From Macrostomum lignano (lineage: Eukaryota): DNA of 64,000 nt. Positions within the stretch are counted from its first letter, which is position 1; every line of letters starts with the position of its first letter. Below the pieces are notes generated by a model. That model was not told the origin of the DNA. It searched no databases and saw nothing but the letters and a program-made list of their open reading frames with translations. Below, piece after piece: positions 1 to 11,984 of the stretch. The translations under genes were made by a program, and so were the position numbers. The DNA lies in assembly GCA_002269645.1 (NCBI GenBank), contig NIVC01000659.1:186001-250000 (forward strand). The letters run 5' to 3'.

Positions 1-99
1 GGTGTGTTTGCTGAGATCTTCTTTTAATAGAAAAATTGCTTTTGCTGGATTGCCCAGCTACCCCAATAGAATCGCCCCAGCTACCCTAAAAGAATCAAC

Positions 100-912
100 C
101 CATAGACAATCGCCCTGAACTACCCATAGACAATCGCCCTGAACTACCCATAGACAATCGCCCTGAACTACCCATAGACAATCGCCCTGAACTACCCATA
201 GACAATCGCCCTGAACTACCCATAGACAATCGCCCTGAACTACCCATAGACAATCGCCTTGAACTACCCATAGACAATCGCCCTGAACTACTTACTCATA
301 GACAGTCGCCCTGAACTACCCATAGACAGTCGCCCTGAACTACCCATAGACAATCGCCCTGAACTACCCATAGACAATCGCCTTGAACTACCCATAGACA
401 ATCGCCCTGAACTACTTACTCATAGACAGTCGCCCTGAACTACCCATAGACAGTCGCCCTGAACTACCCATAGACAATGGCCCTGAACTACCCTGTCTAC
501 GCATAGACAATCGCCCTGAACTATCCATAGATAATCGCCCTGAACTATCCATAGATAATCGCCCTGAACTACCCAAAGACAATCGCCCTGAACTACCCAC
601 AGACAGTCGCCCTGAACTACCCATAGACAATCGCCCTGAACTACCCATAGACAATCGCTCTGAACTACCCATGGACAATCGCCCTGAACTACCCATACGC
701 TCGTAGACAATCGCCCTGAACTACCCATGGACAATCGCCCTGAACTACCCATGGACAATCGCCCTGAACTACCCATAGACAATCGCCCTGAACTACCCAT
801 GGACAATCGCCCTGAACTACCCATAGACAATCGCCCTGAACTACCCATAGACAATCGCCCTGAACTACCCATGGACAATCGCCCTGAACTACCCATGGAC
901 AATCGCCCTGAA
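100..912. repeat. 24-bp minisatellite (GACAATCGCCCTGAACTACCCATA)n, probably intronic in TARS
   Basis: Directly visible tandem units; explains the SMGSSGRL-repeat ORFs. Confidence 0.95.
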
Positions 913-1014
913 ACCTATGCATCACCTAGAATATTTTCCCTGAAGTTTTGATCGGCCCTCAAATCATAAATAATCTTTCCCCTCCCTTTCCCTTGATCAC
1001 GTGATCCCGTTCAG

Positions 1015-3238
1015 CTACGCGGACTTTGGCGTCCTGCACCGCAACGAGCTGTCCGGCGCACTCAGCGGCCTCACCCGGGTGCGCCGCTTTCAACAGGACG
1101 ATGCGCACATCTTCTGCCGCGAAGACCAGATCCGCGACGAGATTGGCGGCTGTCTGGACTTCCTACGACACGTCTACGGAATATTCGGCTTCACCTTTAA
1201 ACTGGAGCTGAGCACCCGGCCTGAGCAGTATCTTGGCGAAGTTGAACTCTGGGATCGGGCTGAGAAACAGCTGTCTGAATCGCTAAACGCATCCGGTCTG
1301 GAATGGAAGCTCAACCCGGGCGATGGCGCTTTCTATGGGCCCAAGATTGATATTGGCATTCAGGACGCGTTGAAACGCTGGCACCAGTGCGCCACAATAC
1401 AGCTGGACTTCCAGCTGCCGCAGCGGTTCGATCTGCACTATCAGTCAGAGTCTGATGATACTGACGCTGTGAGTGCTATAGTGCTGTATAGGTGTGTGCA
1501 GACAGTGGTTCTAGCATTGCTAACTCACTGTGTATATCCTCTACCCCTTCTATCTTCTACTTTTTACCCACACTCTGTCTTCTACCCTCTGTCTTCTACC
1601 CTCTCCCACCCTCTGTCTTCTACCCTCTGTCTTCTACCCTCTCCCACCCTCTGTCTTCCACCCTATGTCTTCTACCCTCTCCCACCCTCTGTCTTCTACC
1701 CTCTGTCTTCTACCCTCTCCCACCCTCTGTCTTCTACCCTCGGTCTTCTACCCTCTCCCACCCTCTGTCTTCTACCCTCTGTCTTCTACCCTCTCCCACC
1801 CTCTGTCTTCCACCCTCTGTCTTCTACCCTCTCCCACCCTCTGTCTTCTACCCTCTGTCTTCTACCCTCTCCCACCCTCTGTCTTCTACCCTCGGTCTTC
1901 TACCCTCTCCCACCCTCTGTCTTCTACCCTCTCCCACCCTCTGTCTTCTACCCTCGGTCTTCTACCCTCTCCCACCCTCTGTCTTCTACCCTCGGTCTTC
2001 TACCCTCTCCCACCCTCTGTCTTCTACCCTCGGTCTTCTACCCTCTCCCACCCTCTGTCTTCTACCCTCTGTCTTCTACCCTCGGTCTTCTACCCTCTCC
2101 CACCCTCTGTCTTCTACCCTCTCCCACCCTCTGTCTTCCACCCTCTGTCTTCTACCCTCTCCCACCCTCTGTCTTCTACCCTCTGTCTTCTACCCTCTCC
2201 CACCCTCTGTCTTCTACCCTCGGTCTTCTACCCTCTCCCACCCTCTGTCTTCTACCCTCGGTCTTCTACCCTCTTCCACCCTCTGTCTTCTACCCTCTCC
2301 CACCCTCTGTCTTCTACCCTCTCCCACCCTCTGTCTTCTACCCTCTGTCTTCTACCCTCTCCCACCCTCTGTCTTCTACCCTCGGTCTTCTACTATCTCC
2401 CACCCTCTGTCTTCTACCCTCTCTCTGTCTTCTACCCTCTCCCCCACCCTGTCCTCTACCCTTTCATCGATCCTCTGCCTTCTACCATCTTCCCCACCCT
2501 AAGCTGCTTACCAATGCCAACCAGTTGTCAACGCTGATTTCTTCTCCGCAGTCGCGCCCCCGCCCGGTGATCATTCACCGAGCCGTGCTGGGCTCAGTTG
2601 AGCGCATGATGGCCATCCTCACCGAGAACTACGCCGGCAAGTGGCCTTTCTGGCTGTCCCCTCTCCAAGCCTTCGTCATTCCCGTTGTGTCCGCCTGCGA
2701 CGATTACGCTACGGGAGTGCGAGACCGGCTTAAGGAGGCAGGGTTTATGGCCGATATGGATCTGGATCCTGGTTGGTGGCCTAAGTTACTGCTTGGGATT
2801 AGAAAATGACTATTGCGCTTGAATTTAATTGGTTTGGGGATTCTTCAGATTATCGGATTTATGGATTATCGGGGATTCTTCAGATTATCGGATTTATGGA
2901 TTATCGGGGATTCTTCAGATAATCAAATTTATGGATTATTTGGATTGGGTCTTTAGGAACTTTCTAACTGACGGATATTGCTTATCACTGGCCATCAGAT
3001 TAAGAGATTTGTTATAATCTGTTTCTCAGGCAAGTCGCTCAACAAGAAAATCCGGAACGCGCAACTGGCACACTACAACTTCATCTTAGTTCTGGGAGCT
3101 GAGGAGCAGAAGAACGGCACGGTGAATGTTCGCACGCGCGACAACCGGGTGCACGGCGAGCACAGCTTGGATCACGTGATTAAGAGATTCACCGAGTTCG
3201 CGCGTACTCGCACCCGAGACGCTGAGGAGTCGTTTTGA
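1015..3238 (+). CDS. TARS1: Threonyl-tRNA synthetase, 3' exons 1015-1468, 2552-2771, 3030-3238 (5' part outside window)
   Basis: [58 protein letters not shown] and anticodon-binding domain ([14 protein letters not shown]); GT-AG junctions keep phase. Confidence 0.97.
1570..2440. repeat. CT-rich 14/24-bp minisatellite (CTACCCTCTGTCTT / CTACCCTCTCCCACCCTCTGTCTT) in TARS intron
   Basis: Tandem units inside intron 1469-2551. Confidence 0.93.
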
Positions 3239-3560
3239 TGGAGCGCAGAGTCTGGTTTAACAACTGATATTTGACTCGTTCGTTTCCGATTAGCTTCACG
3301 ACTTAAAAATATTTATCCTCTTCTCACTGTCTGTTTTGTCTTTAAGTTTGAATACGGTATGGACCCAAGGCTGGTACTGAAAAGCGTTAAAATGCAAATT
3401 TGTGGGTCTTTGGAGACCAAATCGACTTGATTTTTGCCGTGTTTTTGCACTTTTCTCTTTCTTTATTTCCTTGGTTAGCTGCGCAGCTACTCTATTGATA
3501 AATGCGCTTATACTTAAAATTTGGAGGTGGTTTTATCTTTGAGTTAGTTAGATACATTCT

Positions 3561-4106
3561 GTCACCTGTTAGACAGTCAGGTGTCACCTGTTAGACAGTC
3601 AGGTGTCACCTGTTAGACAGTCAGGTTTCACCTGTTAGACATTCAGGTGTCACCTGTTAGACAGTCAGGTGTCACCTGTTAGACATTCAGGTTTCACCTG
3701 TTAGACATTCAGGTGTCACCTGTTAGACAGTCAGGTGTCACCTGTTAGACATTCAGGTGTCACCTGTTAGACATTCAGGTGTCACCTGTTAGACAGTCAG
3801 GTGTCACCTGTTAGACATTCAGGTGTCACCTGTTAGACAGTCAGGTGTCACCTGTTAGACATTCAGGTGTCACCTGTTAGACAGTCAGGTGTCACCTGTT
3901 AGACAGTCAGGTTTCACCTGTTAGACATTCAGGTGTCACCTGTTAGACAGTCAGGTGTCACCTGTTAGACATTCAGGTGTCACCTGTTAGACAGTCAGGT
4001 GTCACCTGTTAGACAGTCAGGTGTCACCTGTTAGACATTCAGGTGTCACCTGTTAGACAGTCAGGTGTCACCTGTTAGACAGTCAGGTGTCACCTGTTAG
4101 ACAGTC
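3561..4106. repeat. 22-bp minisatellite (GTCACCTGTTAGACAGTCAGGT)n with internal CACCTG/CAGGTG inverted pair
   Basis: About 25 tandem units visible. Confidence 0.95.
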
Positions 4107-4679
4107 AGCAATCAAAAATGCGTTTGACTTCAATTTAATGCTATATGATTAGGTGGTTTAAATTATTTTATTATACTTAAACGCGTAAGATTGATAATAG
4201 TATACGGTTGTGTTGCTGCAATCGGGTTATTATCAACTGTAACCTTAAAATAATGTTTATGCTTATATTGCGAACCGGTGGCTGCTTAGAGCTTAGTTTG
4301 ATTGGCAGTTTGTTAAAGATAAAAAAATTAAATACAATGAAATTCAAGCTCATCTGATAGTAAAAGTCCATCCTTATCACTTTCCTTACTTCCGTCTCCA
4401 GCCCTGGATTGCAAATCTGATTTTTGTTTTTTTGTGCACCGCTTTACAATTTCTATTGCACTTTAATCAGCGATCTTCACTGCGTGCTGCTTAGTGACAT
4501 TTCAACTACTCTTCTTTTACCTGTCACCTACCATCCGTGCGCGAACCAGGATCTTGGGAATTGTTGGCAGAATAATGTAATAGTTCTTATGCTAAATGCA
4601 TACAGTTTGAAATAGAATATGAGCACTGCGGCTCCTGACTTGCTTTTATTTCATTTTTATGGTTACTTTAGCTTGACTA

Positions 4680-5480
4680 CCAGCCTTCCAGATCTTCAGT
4701 TGCTGGGCCAGCCTCCCAGATCCTCAGTTGCTGGGCTAGCCTCCCAGATCCTCAGTTGCTGGGCCAGCCTCCCAGATCCTCAGTTGCTGGGTCAGCCTCC
4801 CAGATCCTCAATTGCTGGGCCAGCCTTCCAGATCCTCAGTTGCTGGGTCAGCCTCCCAGATCCTCAGTTGCTGGGCCAGCCTCCCAGATCCTCAGTTGCT
4901 GGGCCAGCCTCCCAGATCCTCAGTTGCTGGGCCAGCCTCCCAGATCTTCAGTTGCTGGGCCAGCCTCCCAGATCTTCAGTTGCTGGGCTAGCCTCCCAGA
5001 GTGTCAGTTGCTGGGCCAGCTTCCCAGATCTTCAGTTGCTGGGCCAGCCTCCCAGATCCTTAGTTGCTGGGCCAGCCTCCCAGATCCTCAGTTGCTGGGC
5101 CAGCCTCCCAGATCTTCAGTTGCTGGGCCAGCCTCCCAGATCTTCAGTTGCTGGGCTAGCCTCCCAGAGTGTCAGTTGCTGGGCCAGCCTCCCAGAGTGT
5201 CAGTTGCTGGGCCAGCCTCCCAGAGTGTCAGTTGCTGGTCCAGCCTCCCAGAGTGTCAGTTGCTGGGCCAGCCTCCCAGAGTGTCAGTTGCTGGGCCAGC
5301 CTCCCAGAGTGTCAGTTACTGGGCCAGCCTCCCAGAGTGTCAGTTGCTGGGCCAGCCTCCCAGATCCTCAGTTGCTGGGCCAGCCTCCCAGATCCTCAGT
5401 TGCTGGGCCAGCTTCCCAGAGTGTCAGTTGCTGGGCCAGCCTCCCGGATCCTCAGTTGCTGGGCCAGCTTCCCAGATCCT
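4680..5480. repeat. 28-bp minisatellite (TTGCTGGGCCAGCCTCCCAGATCCTCAG)n upstream of eIF3L
   Basis: Tandem units; 28-aa periodicity in all three frames. Confidence 0.95.
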
Positions 5481-5585
5481 CATCTGCTCAGCAACACCTC
5501 CGAGATGCTCAGTACCGCCTCACCATTCTCCTTTGCAGCTAATCGGTTTTCCGCAATTGTCGTCGTCAAGCCTCTAAAAATAGCA

Positions 5586-7848
5586 ATGACGTCATGGGAT
5601 GAAAAGGTGGGCGGCGAGCCGGCCGACTACGGCAACGCGGTGCTGAGCGCCAATGGCAGCTACACGATCCTGCCGGAGCCCGTCAAGACTTTCCTCTGCA
5701 ATTTCGAAGCGGCCATCCGCAATCGCAACGTGTACGACATCATACAGTGCTACGAGGCCCAGTTTCCAAAGCTCACCGAGCGGTTCTTCGCCAAGTACAA
5801 CTGGCCGGCAACCCAGGTGGTGACGGAGATTGTCAGCCGGAGTCTGGGCGGCAAGGAGCCGGACCAGCTGTTCGTCATCCTGTACACGGAGATGTACTAC
5901 AAGCACATCTACGCCCACATTGCCGGCGGGCCGAGCTTCGAAGATCGGGAGGCCTCCTATTTTAACTATTGCGACTTCTTCAACTTCGTGTTGGGCACGG
6001 ATACTCCGGTGACTCACGAGCTGCCCTACCAGCTGCTCTGGGACATCATTGACGAGTTCATCTATCAGTTCCAGAACTTCACCCAGTACCGGGCCAAGCT
6101 CAAGAATAAGAAAGATGAAGAGATCAGCACGCTGAGGGACAGCGTCACCACCTGGAACATTCATTCCGTGCTGAATGTGCTGCACTCGCTAGTTGAGAAG
6201 TCCTGCATCAATGAGCAGCTGAGAGAGCTCGCCTCTGGCGGCGATATATCCGCTGTGGCTGGGGAGTTTGGCGAGCGGCAGCTGTACAAGATGCTGGGCT
6301 TCTTCAGCCTGATTGGCCTGTGCAGGCTGCACTGCATTCTGGGCGACTTCTTTCAGGCGTTGAAGGTAATTTTGCAGTTGTTTAAATCTGGGCTCAGGTT
6401 CGGGATTCGAACCATTTCCTTTGATTCTCATTTAGTGAGATTCTAACCCTTTTCTTTGATTCTTATTTAGTGGGATTCGAACCCCTTTCTTTGATTCTCA
6501 TTTAGTGGGATTCGAACCCCTTTCTTTGATTCTCATTTAGTGGGATTCGAACCCCTTTCTTCGATTATGTATTTAGTGGGATTCGAACCATTTCCTTTGA
6601 TTCTCATTTAGTGGGATTCGAACCCCTTTCTTTGATTCTTATTTAGTGGGATTCGAACCCCTTTCCTTGGTTCTTATTTAGTGGGATTCGAACCATTTCC
6701 ATGATTCTCATTTAGTGGAATTCGAACCATTTCCATGATTCTTATTTCATGGGACTCGAACCCCTTTCTTTGATCCTCATTTAGTGGGATTCGAACCCCT
6801 TTCCTTGATTCTTATTTAGTGGGATTCGAACCATTTCCATGATTCTCATTTAGTGGAATTTGAACCCCTTTCCTTGATTCTTATTTCGTGGGACTCGAAC
6901 CCCTTTCTTTGATCCTCATTTAGTGGGATTCGAACCTCTTACTTCAATCCTCATCCGTATACCCGCCGCCTGAAGGTCCTTGAGAACATCGACGTGAGCC
7001 GTCTGGACCTGTACTGCAACGTGCCCACCTGCAACATCACCACCTCCTATTACGTGGGCTTCTCATTCATGATGATGCGCCGCTACGAGGACGCGATTCG
7101 AACTTTGAACGACGCTCTGGCCTATCACAACCGGGTGAAGTCCTCTCTGGCCGGCCGGCCGGACGTGGCCGACTATGTTGCTAAGCAGACGGACCAGATG
7201 TGCCACCTGCTGTGCCTGTGCCTCAGCCTGCACCCGATGCGCGTTGACGAGATCGTACACGCCCAGATCAAGGAGAAGTACAACGAGAAGAATCTGAAGC
7301 TGTCCCGCATGGATCTGGACGAGATCGCCAACACGTTTCAGTACGCCTGTCCGAAATTTCTGTCCCCTGTGCCGCCGAACTTCGACCTGCCCGAGAATTA
7401 CCAGATGAACCCGATGCGCCAGATCAAGGAGGAGTTCATCAGCGAGATCAAGCAGCAGGCTCGCATCCCGGATATCCGCTCCTACCTGAAGCTGTACACC
7501 ACACTTAGCATAGAGAAACTGGCCGGCCTGATGAACACGGAGCCGCAGGTCCTGCACCGGGAGCTGATGTGCTACAAGCACAAGATGCAGAATATTGTCA
7601 CAGCCGATGCGGCCGCAGCCGCCGCCGCGGAGGCCCCGACAGCCAGCTCCTCGGAGTTGGATTTCTACATTGACGGCGACATGATCCACGTGGCCGACAC
7701 CAAAGTGGCTAGAAAGTTTGGCGAGCTGTTCATCCGGAATATTCTCAAATTGGAGGATGTGAACCGGGCTCTGACCCGGCTGGACCAGTTCATCTATGGC
7801 GTGGCCGCTGGCGAGGCCGGGCCGCAGGCTGGGTCAGCCCGCTCCTAA
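5586..7848 (+). CDS. EIF3L: Eukaryotic translation initiation factor 3 subunit L; exons 5586-6365, 6976-7848
   Basis: ELPYQLLWDIIDEFIYQFQ, YKMLGFFSLIGLCRLHCILGDF, YYVGFSFMMMRRYEDAIR, IRSYLKLYTT, LDFYIDGDMIHVADTKV; phase-0 intron. Confidence 0.96.
6400..6940. repeat. 35-bp minisatellite in eIF3L intron; each unit carries GGTTCGAATCCC (Pol III B-box) on the minus strand
   Basis: Unit CCCCTTTCTTTGATTCTCATTTAGTGGGATTCGAA, about 15 copies. Confidence 0.92.
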
Positions 7849-8223
7849 GAGAGTTGACCTACAATCACCTGGCCTGAGCTACAGTGGATGTGTTAAAGAA
7901 GCAGATTTCATTACTTAGTTCATGTGGGGTGTAGAGAAACGTTTGTTTTGGCAATTTCATTGATCAACAAAAGCAAAAGCTGTTTGGACAGTTGACGTAT
8001 GGTTTAAAGCAAATACAAATTCAGCATTGTTGTTAAACATTCGATTGCGTATGGTAATTCTGGTGCATAATCGGTATTCGAGTTCTGTTATTTTCGTCCA
8101 AATCCTAGGTAGGTCTTCAATTGACTTTAGTAGCCTACATACAGCTGCGTGCTAACCACGGCCATCACTGCTTAACTTGCTGTGGTGCTGAGCACATGGC
8201 TACAGAGTAGTAATAAAAAAGTA

Positions 8224-8545
8224 GTTGCTGGGCCAGCCTCTTAAATCCCCAGTTGCTCAGCCAGCCTCCCAGATCCTCAGTTTCTGGGCCAGAATCAGAG
8301 ACTGTCAGTTGCTGGGCCAGCCTCCCAGAATTTCAGTTGCTGAGCCAGCCTCCCAGATCCCCAGTTGCTGGGCCAGCCTCCCAGATCCTCAGTTGCTGGG
8401 GCAGCCTCCCAGATCCTCAGTTGCTGAGCCAGCCTCCCAGATCCTCAGTTGCTGGGCCAGCCTACCAGATCCTCAGTTGCGGGGCCAGCCTCCCAGATCC
8501 TCAGTTGCGGGGCCAGCCTCCCAGATCCTCAGTTGCTGGGCCAGT
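8224..8545. repeat. Second array of the same 28-bp minisatellite, downstream of eIF3L
   Basis: Same unit and orientation as 4680-5480. Confidence 0.93.
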
Positions 8546-9312
8546 TTCCCAGAATGCCGGTTATGTGGGGTCTGTCAAACTATGTATTATCGAGAAATCT
8601 ACATACATAAGGACATAAGTGTTGTAGACAGGCCACAGAAACAAACGCTTCAACAATTCACTGTGATAATGGATAGCCCTTAGTGGAAAATATGTATACT
8701 AAAAACTTCTAGTATATTGGATTTGTTTTAAAGAATCGAAGAAATCAGAGTTATTAACAAGCTTTTAATGCATATTTATAACAATAATATGCATTTTTAT
8801 GTTAAATTACAGTTTAAGAGATAAGGAGTTCATACTTTAAAGCTTAAAGTTGAAGTACGTGCATCTAAGACAGGGAAATTGTCACTTCTTAGCAAAAGTT
8901 GATACAAAATATTAATTATTATAATGATTAGAATTATTTAGATTAACAAAGTTCAAGATCAAAGATAAAATGTGTGAAGCCGACAACATTGAAAATAGAC
9001 TTAACAAAAGGTTTTGTAAATGTGTAGTGTGTACCCTAAAATGTGTTGTATACGCGTAAATCAAAAGCAATTCACGTCTTGAAAAACACGTCAAGCTACT
9101 TTAAATTCAGTAGTATTGTAGTATATGACTGCCCTGTTTTTGTACCCGGTTTTTTTTCCTTCAACTGCAGCGAAGTTTGAAGGAAAGTTCAGAGGTAAAA
9201 GCTGTCTCATCTTCCGAATTTCGTTCGATGTGCTGCATGCACTCTCGCAACTTTGTCAACAAAAGGTTTGAAAAGTACATGTTCTTAGAGAGGGAGCTGC
9301 GCTTTCTAAAAC

Positions 9313-10008
9313 CAAGGAGTTCTATAATTAGCAATCTGGAGTGGGAACGAGTTTTTCAGTTTTACCTCATGAGGCCTGGGGGGTGTTTCAGATTTGACAA
9401 GCTACAATTGACTGATTATTGACTCATAGACTGATTTGTAAATCTAGTGACAAGTTACAAGCTGACTGAGTAGTGAACTAAATATCTATGGGCCAAACAT
9501 CAAGTCCGTCCCAGGCGCAGCCACAGCCGACTCCCGTTGGACCCTGGATATGATCTACCTGGTAGTTCTGTATAGAGGAAGGACGATATTTATCAATATT
9601 TAAATATATTCTTTGGCGTAGAAGTCTATCTTACACGTTTTGGCCCACTAGCAAGCGTAAGAATGGTATATCTCCGCACGCTGCGCCTCGGCCAAAAAAC
9701 AAGCTCTCAGGCGAGGAATTCGGGCCAAAGAAGGGAAGAAACGGAAAGAACTTATACATCTCCGCACTCTAACGAGTGCATCAATGGCAAAAGCACGAGT
9801 GCGCGTAGCGTAGCTACTCACTGCTCACTTGTCGCACTTGTAACTCTGACAAGTGGTCTATGAAACACCCCCCCCCCCCCAGACTAGCATAGGCAGAGTC
9901 AGACAGAGCCATAGACATTCAGTGCTGGCTCCTTATTCTTTACAATTGGCGTGGCCTCATGAGGTAAAACTCGTTTCCGCTCCAGACTGCTAATTGTAGA
10001 ACTCCTTG
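9313..10008. mobile_element. hAT-type MITE (about 700 bp) with imperfect TIRs of about 60 bp
   Basis: CAAGGAGTTCTA...GAGGCC (9313-9376) is the inverse of 9953-10008; 8-bp TSD TCTAAAAC at 9305-9312 and 10009-10016. Confidence 0.85.
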
Positions 10009-10297
10009 TCTAAAACGGATGTCACAAAGCTAATTTGCACAGCGCAGAATGGGGTTTTGCCATAGACAAATTTGTCGATAAAAACCCATCTACAGAGACA
10101 GGGAATTTGCTTGCTTGCCCGGTCTCGGTGAACACACTTGCTACATTTGAAATTCGGAAGGCTGTAGTCGGTGAAATATTGGGAATTTAGTGATACACAA
10201 CTGAAAACTTTCCAGTCTCGCTAATTGCAGGATTTTTTGTGTTAAGCGTCCGTCTGCTTGAGTTGTTCCTGTGTTTAGCCACGCAGATCAAAGCCAA

Positions 10298-11298
10298 TCA
10301 AGCGACGAGATCGAAGAACTCGCGAATCTCAACCTCAGACATGCTCGAGTTGGCAATCGCCAGAGCTCTCAGGGTGCCGCTGAAATAATCATTCGGTGCT
10401 GGTGCAGTCCCGATCCGCAATCCGACGTACAGACAGGCGTTGGCGTTGATGATTGAGCAAGGACTCGAATCGCTTAAAGTCGGCAGGCTGCTTCTCAGAA
10501 GAAAGGAATCCTTCATGAAGACGTCGTACTCGCTTCCACTGACGGTTAATCCAAAGTTGATCCAGTCCTCCGAGCTGGCCGGGAGAGCGTCAGCTGGCGA
10601 GTAGATAAAAGGCAGAAGTGTTCCAGTGATTTCATTTGTTCGGGCGAACAATTGTCTCGGAGAGCCGTACTCCCACAGGTGAACTCCGTGTCTCGTGGGG
10701 GCGTTCATGTTGTTGCAGTCGGTGAATTCAATGAACGGCTGCAATTTCGGCTGCCTCTTGATCTTGAGCAGCCAGGTAAGCCCGGTAGAGAAGTTGAGGC
10801 TCGACTTTTGCAGCATCGCATAGGCGGTTGTGCCATCGAACTTGGCGCCTTCGCTGCTCCACTCGACGTTCATCAGGTGGAGCCGGTTGGTGTCTTCATC
10901 AGCCTGGCACACCAGGTTCTCCAGTCTGCTCACGCTGTCGCCCAGCCACACGCTGTTGAGCTTGGAGTTGATGGCTCTGTGATCGATCGGAAATCGGTAG
11001 AACACCTCGCGCCAGTTTTTCCAGGAATCAGACTGCGGCAGATCGACTGGAAGTTGAAGATGGCGCACGTGCCGGTGTCGGAGTTGAACTGGATCAGCAG
11101 AGCTCCGGTCAGGCCTGTCAGGAAGTCGCTCATGGCGCAGTGGGTCTCCGTGACGGCTCTGACGTGAGCCACCGCCACGGGCGAGTCATCGGGCACGCAT
11201 TGGACTTTGGCGGCTTGGTACACGGACTGCTGCTGCTGGCAGTTGGCAAGGGTGGCAGCCAGCAGCAGCAGGTTGAGTGCGGCAGCAACGATTGACAT
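10298..11298 (-). CDS. Secreted protein: signal peptide, PAN/apple-like module and LamG/ConA-like domain; single frameshift at 11016-11020
   Basis: ORF 10930-11298 has a hydrophobic leader; one extra A in the A5 run joins it to ORF 10298-11068 (...SLIPGKNWREVFYRFP...); GC-rich codon usage throughout; domain calls are by eye. Confidence 0.55.
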
Positions 11299-11984
11299 CG
11301 GGTGCAGTCAGCTCATTCCTGGTGTACAGTGTAAAAAAGTGTATAACAAGTCTTGAGTCGTAGAAAGGATCACACTGGAATTCATATTACAGCAACCAGG
11401 TAAGTACAGGGCTTAGTTGCAGAAGCTTACCTGGAATTTCGCGACACAACGGTGGAAGCCAATAGTAGTGGCTGATTAGAAAATTATTTTTTTAAAGATA
11501 GCAAATTTAAGCAAAAAAAGTTTAGAGACCTCATCTCATCACCATGGGAATTAATCGATAGAATGCCCATCTATCATGCCTGCCAATGTTGGAGTCATCA
11601 AGCCCCATGCAGACGCCCGCTCATTAAAGTTGTGGACCGGAGCCTCAATAATTTTTTCTATATTGAAGCTGGGTAGATGGGGTTTTGTCTAGTAAAACAG
11701 AGAATCATTAAACTGCTTGCAAGCTTTGGCTTCAGCTGTTTTACTGCGCTCTCCCTACACTCCCTGCGGCTCCCTGTTTAGATGACTTATTTTATTAAAT
11801 TATGCATGCATTTCCAAAGTCTTGCTATACCCACTTCACAGGACCGCGCTTTTTGTAGCCCTATGCTGCAAGTTAGAATGGCCTGATCTGCCATTCTCCC
11901 TCTCTGCTCATGTGCTGCCATTGGAAGGCTCATCTTGCATGATGGTTTTTTGCATTTCCATTTGACAGCAATGCCTCACTCACT

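Noticed and set aside
1469-2551. TARS intron is 1083 bp (361 codons) and stop-free in the exon frame
   Set aside because: The CT-rich repeat lacks stop codons in all frames; canonical splice sites restore a normal ThrRS, so there is no evidence of an encoded insert
5592-7689. Antisense ORFs over eIF3L (and over CHDH, SLC22 and GPx exons)
   Set aside because: Expected shadows of GC3-rich coding sequence
11010-11025. Programmed -1 ribosomal frameshift in the PAN/LamG gene
   Set aside because: GGAAAAAC is not a canonical X XXY YYZ heptamer in frame and I saw no stimulator; an indel error is simpler
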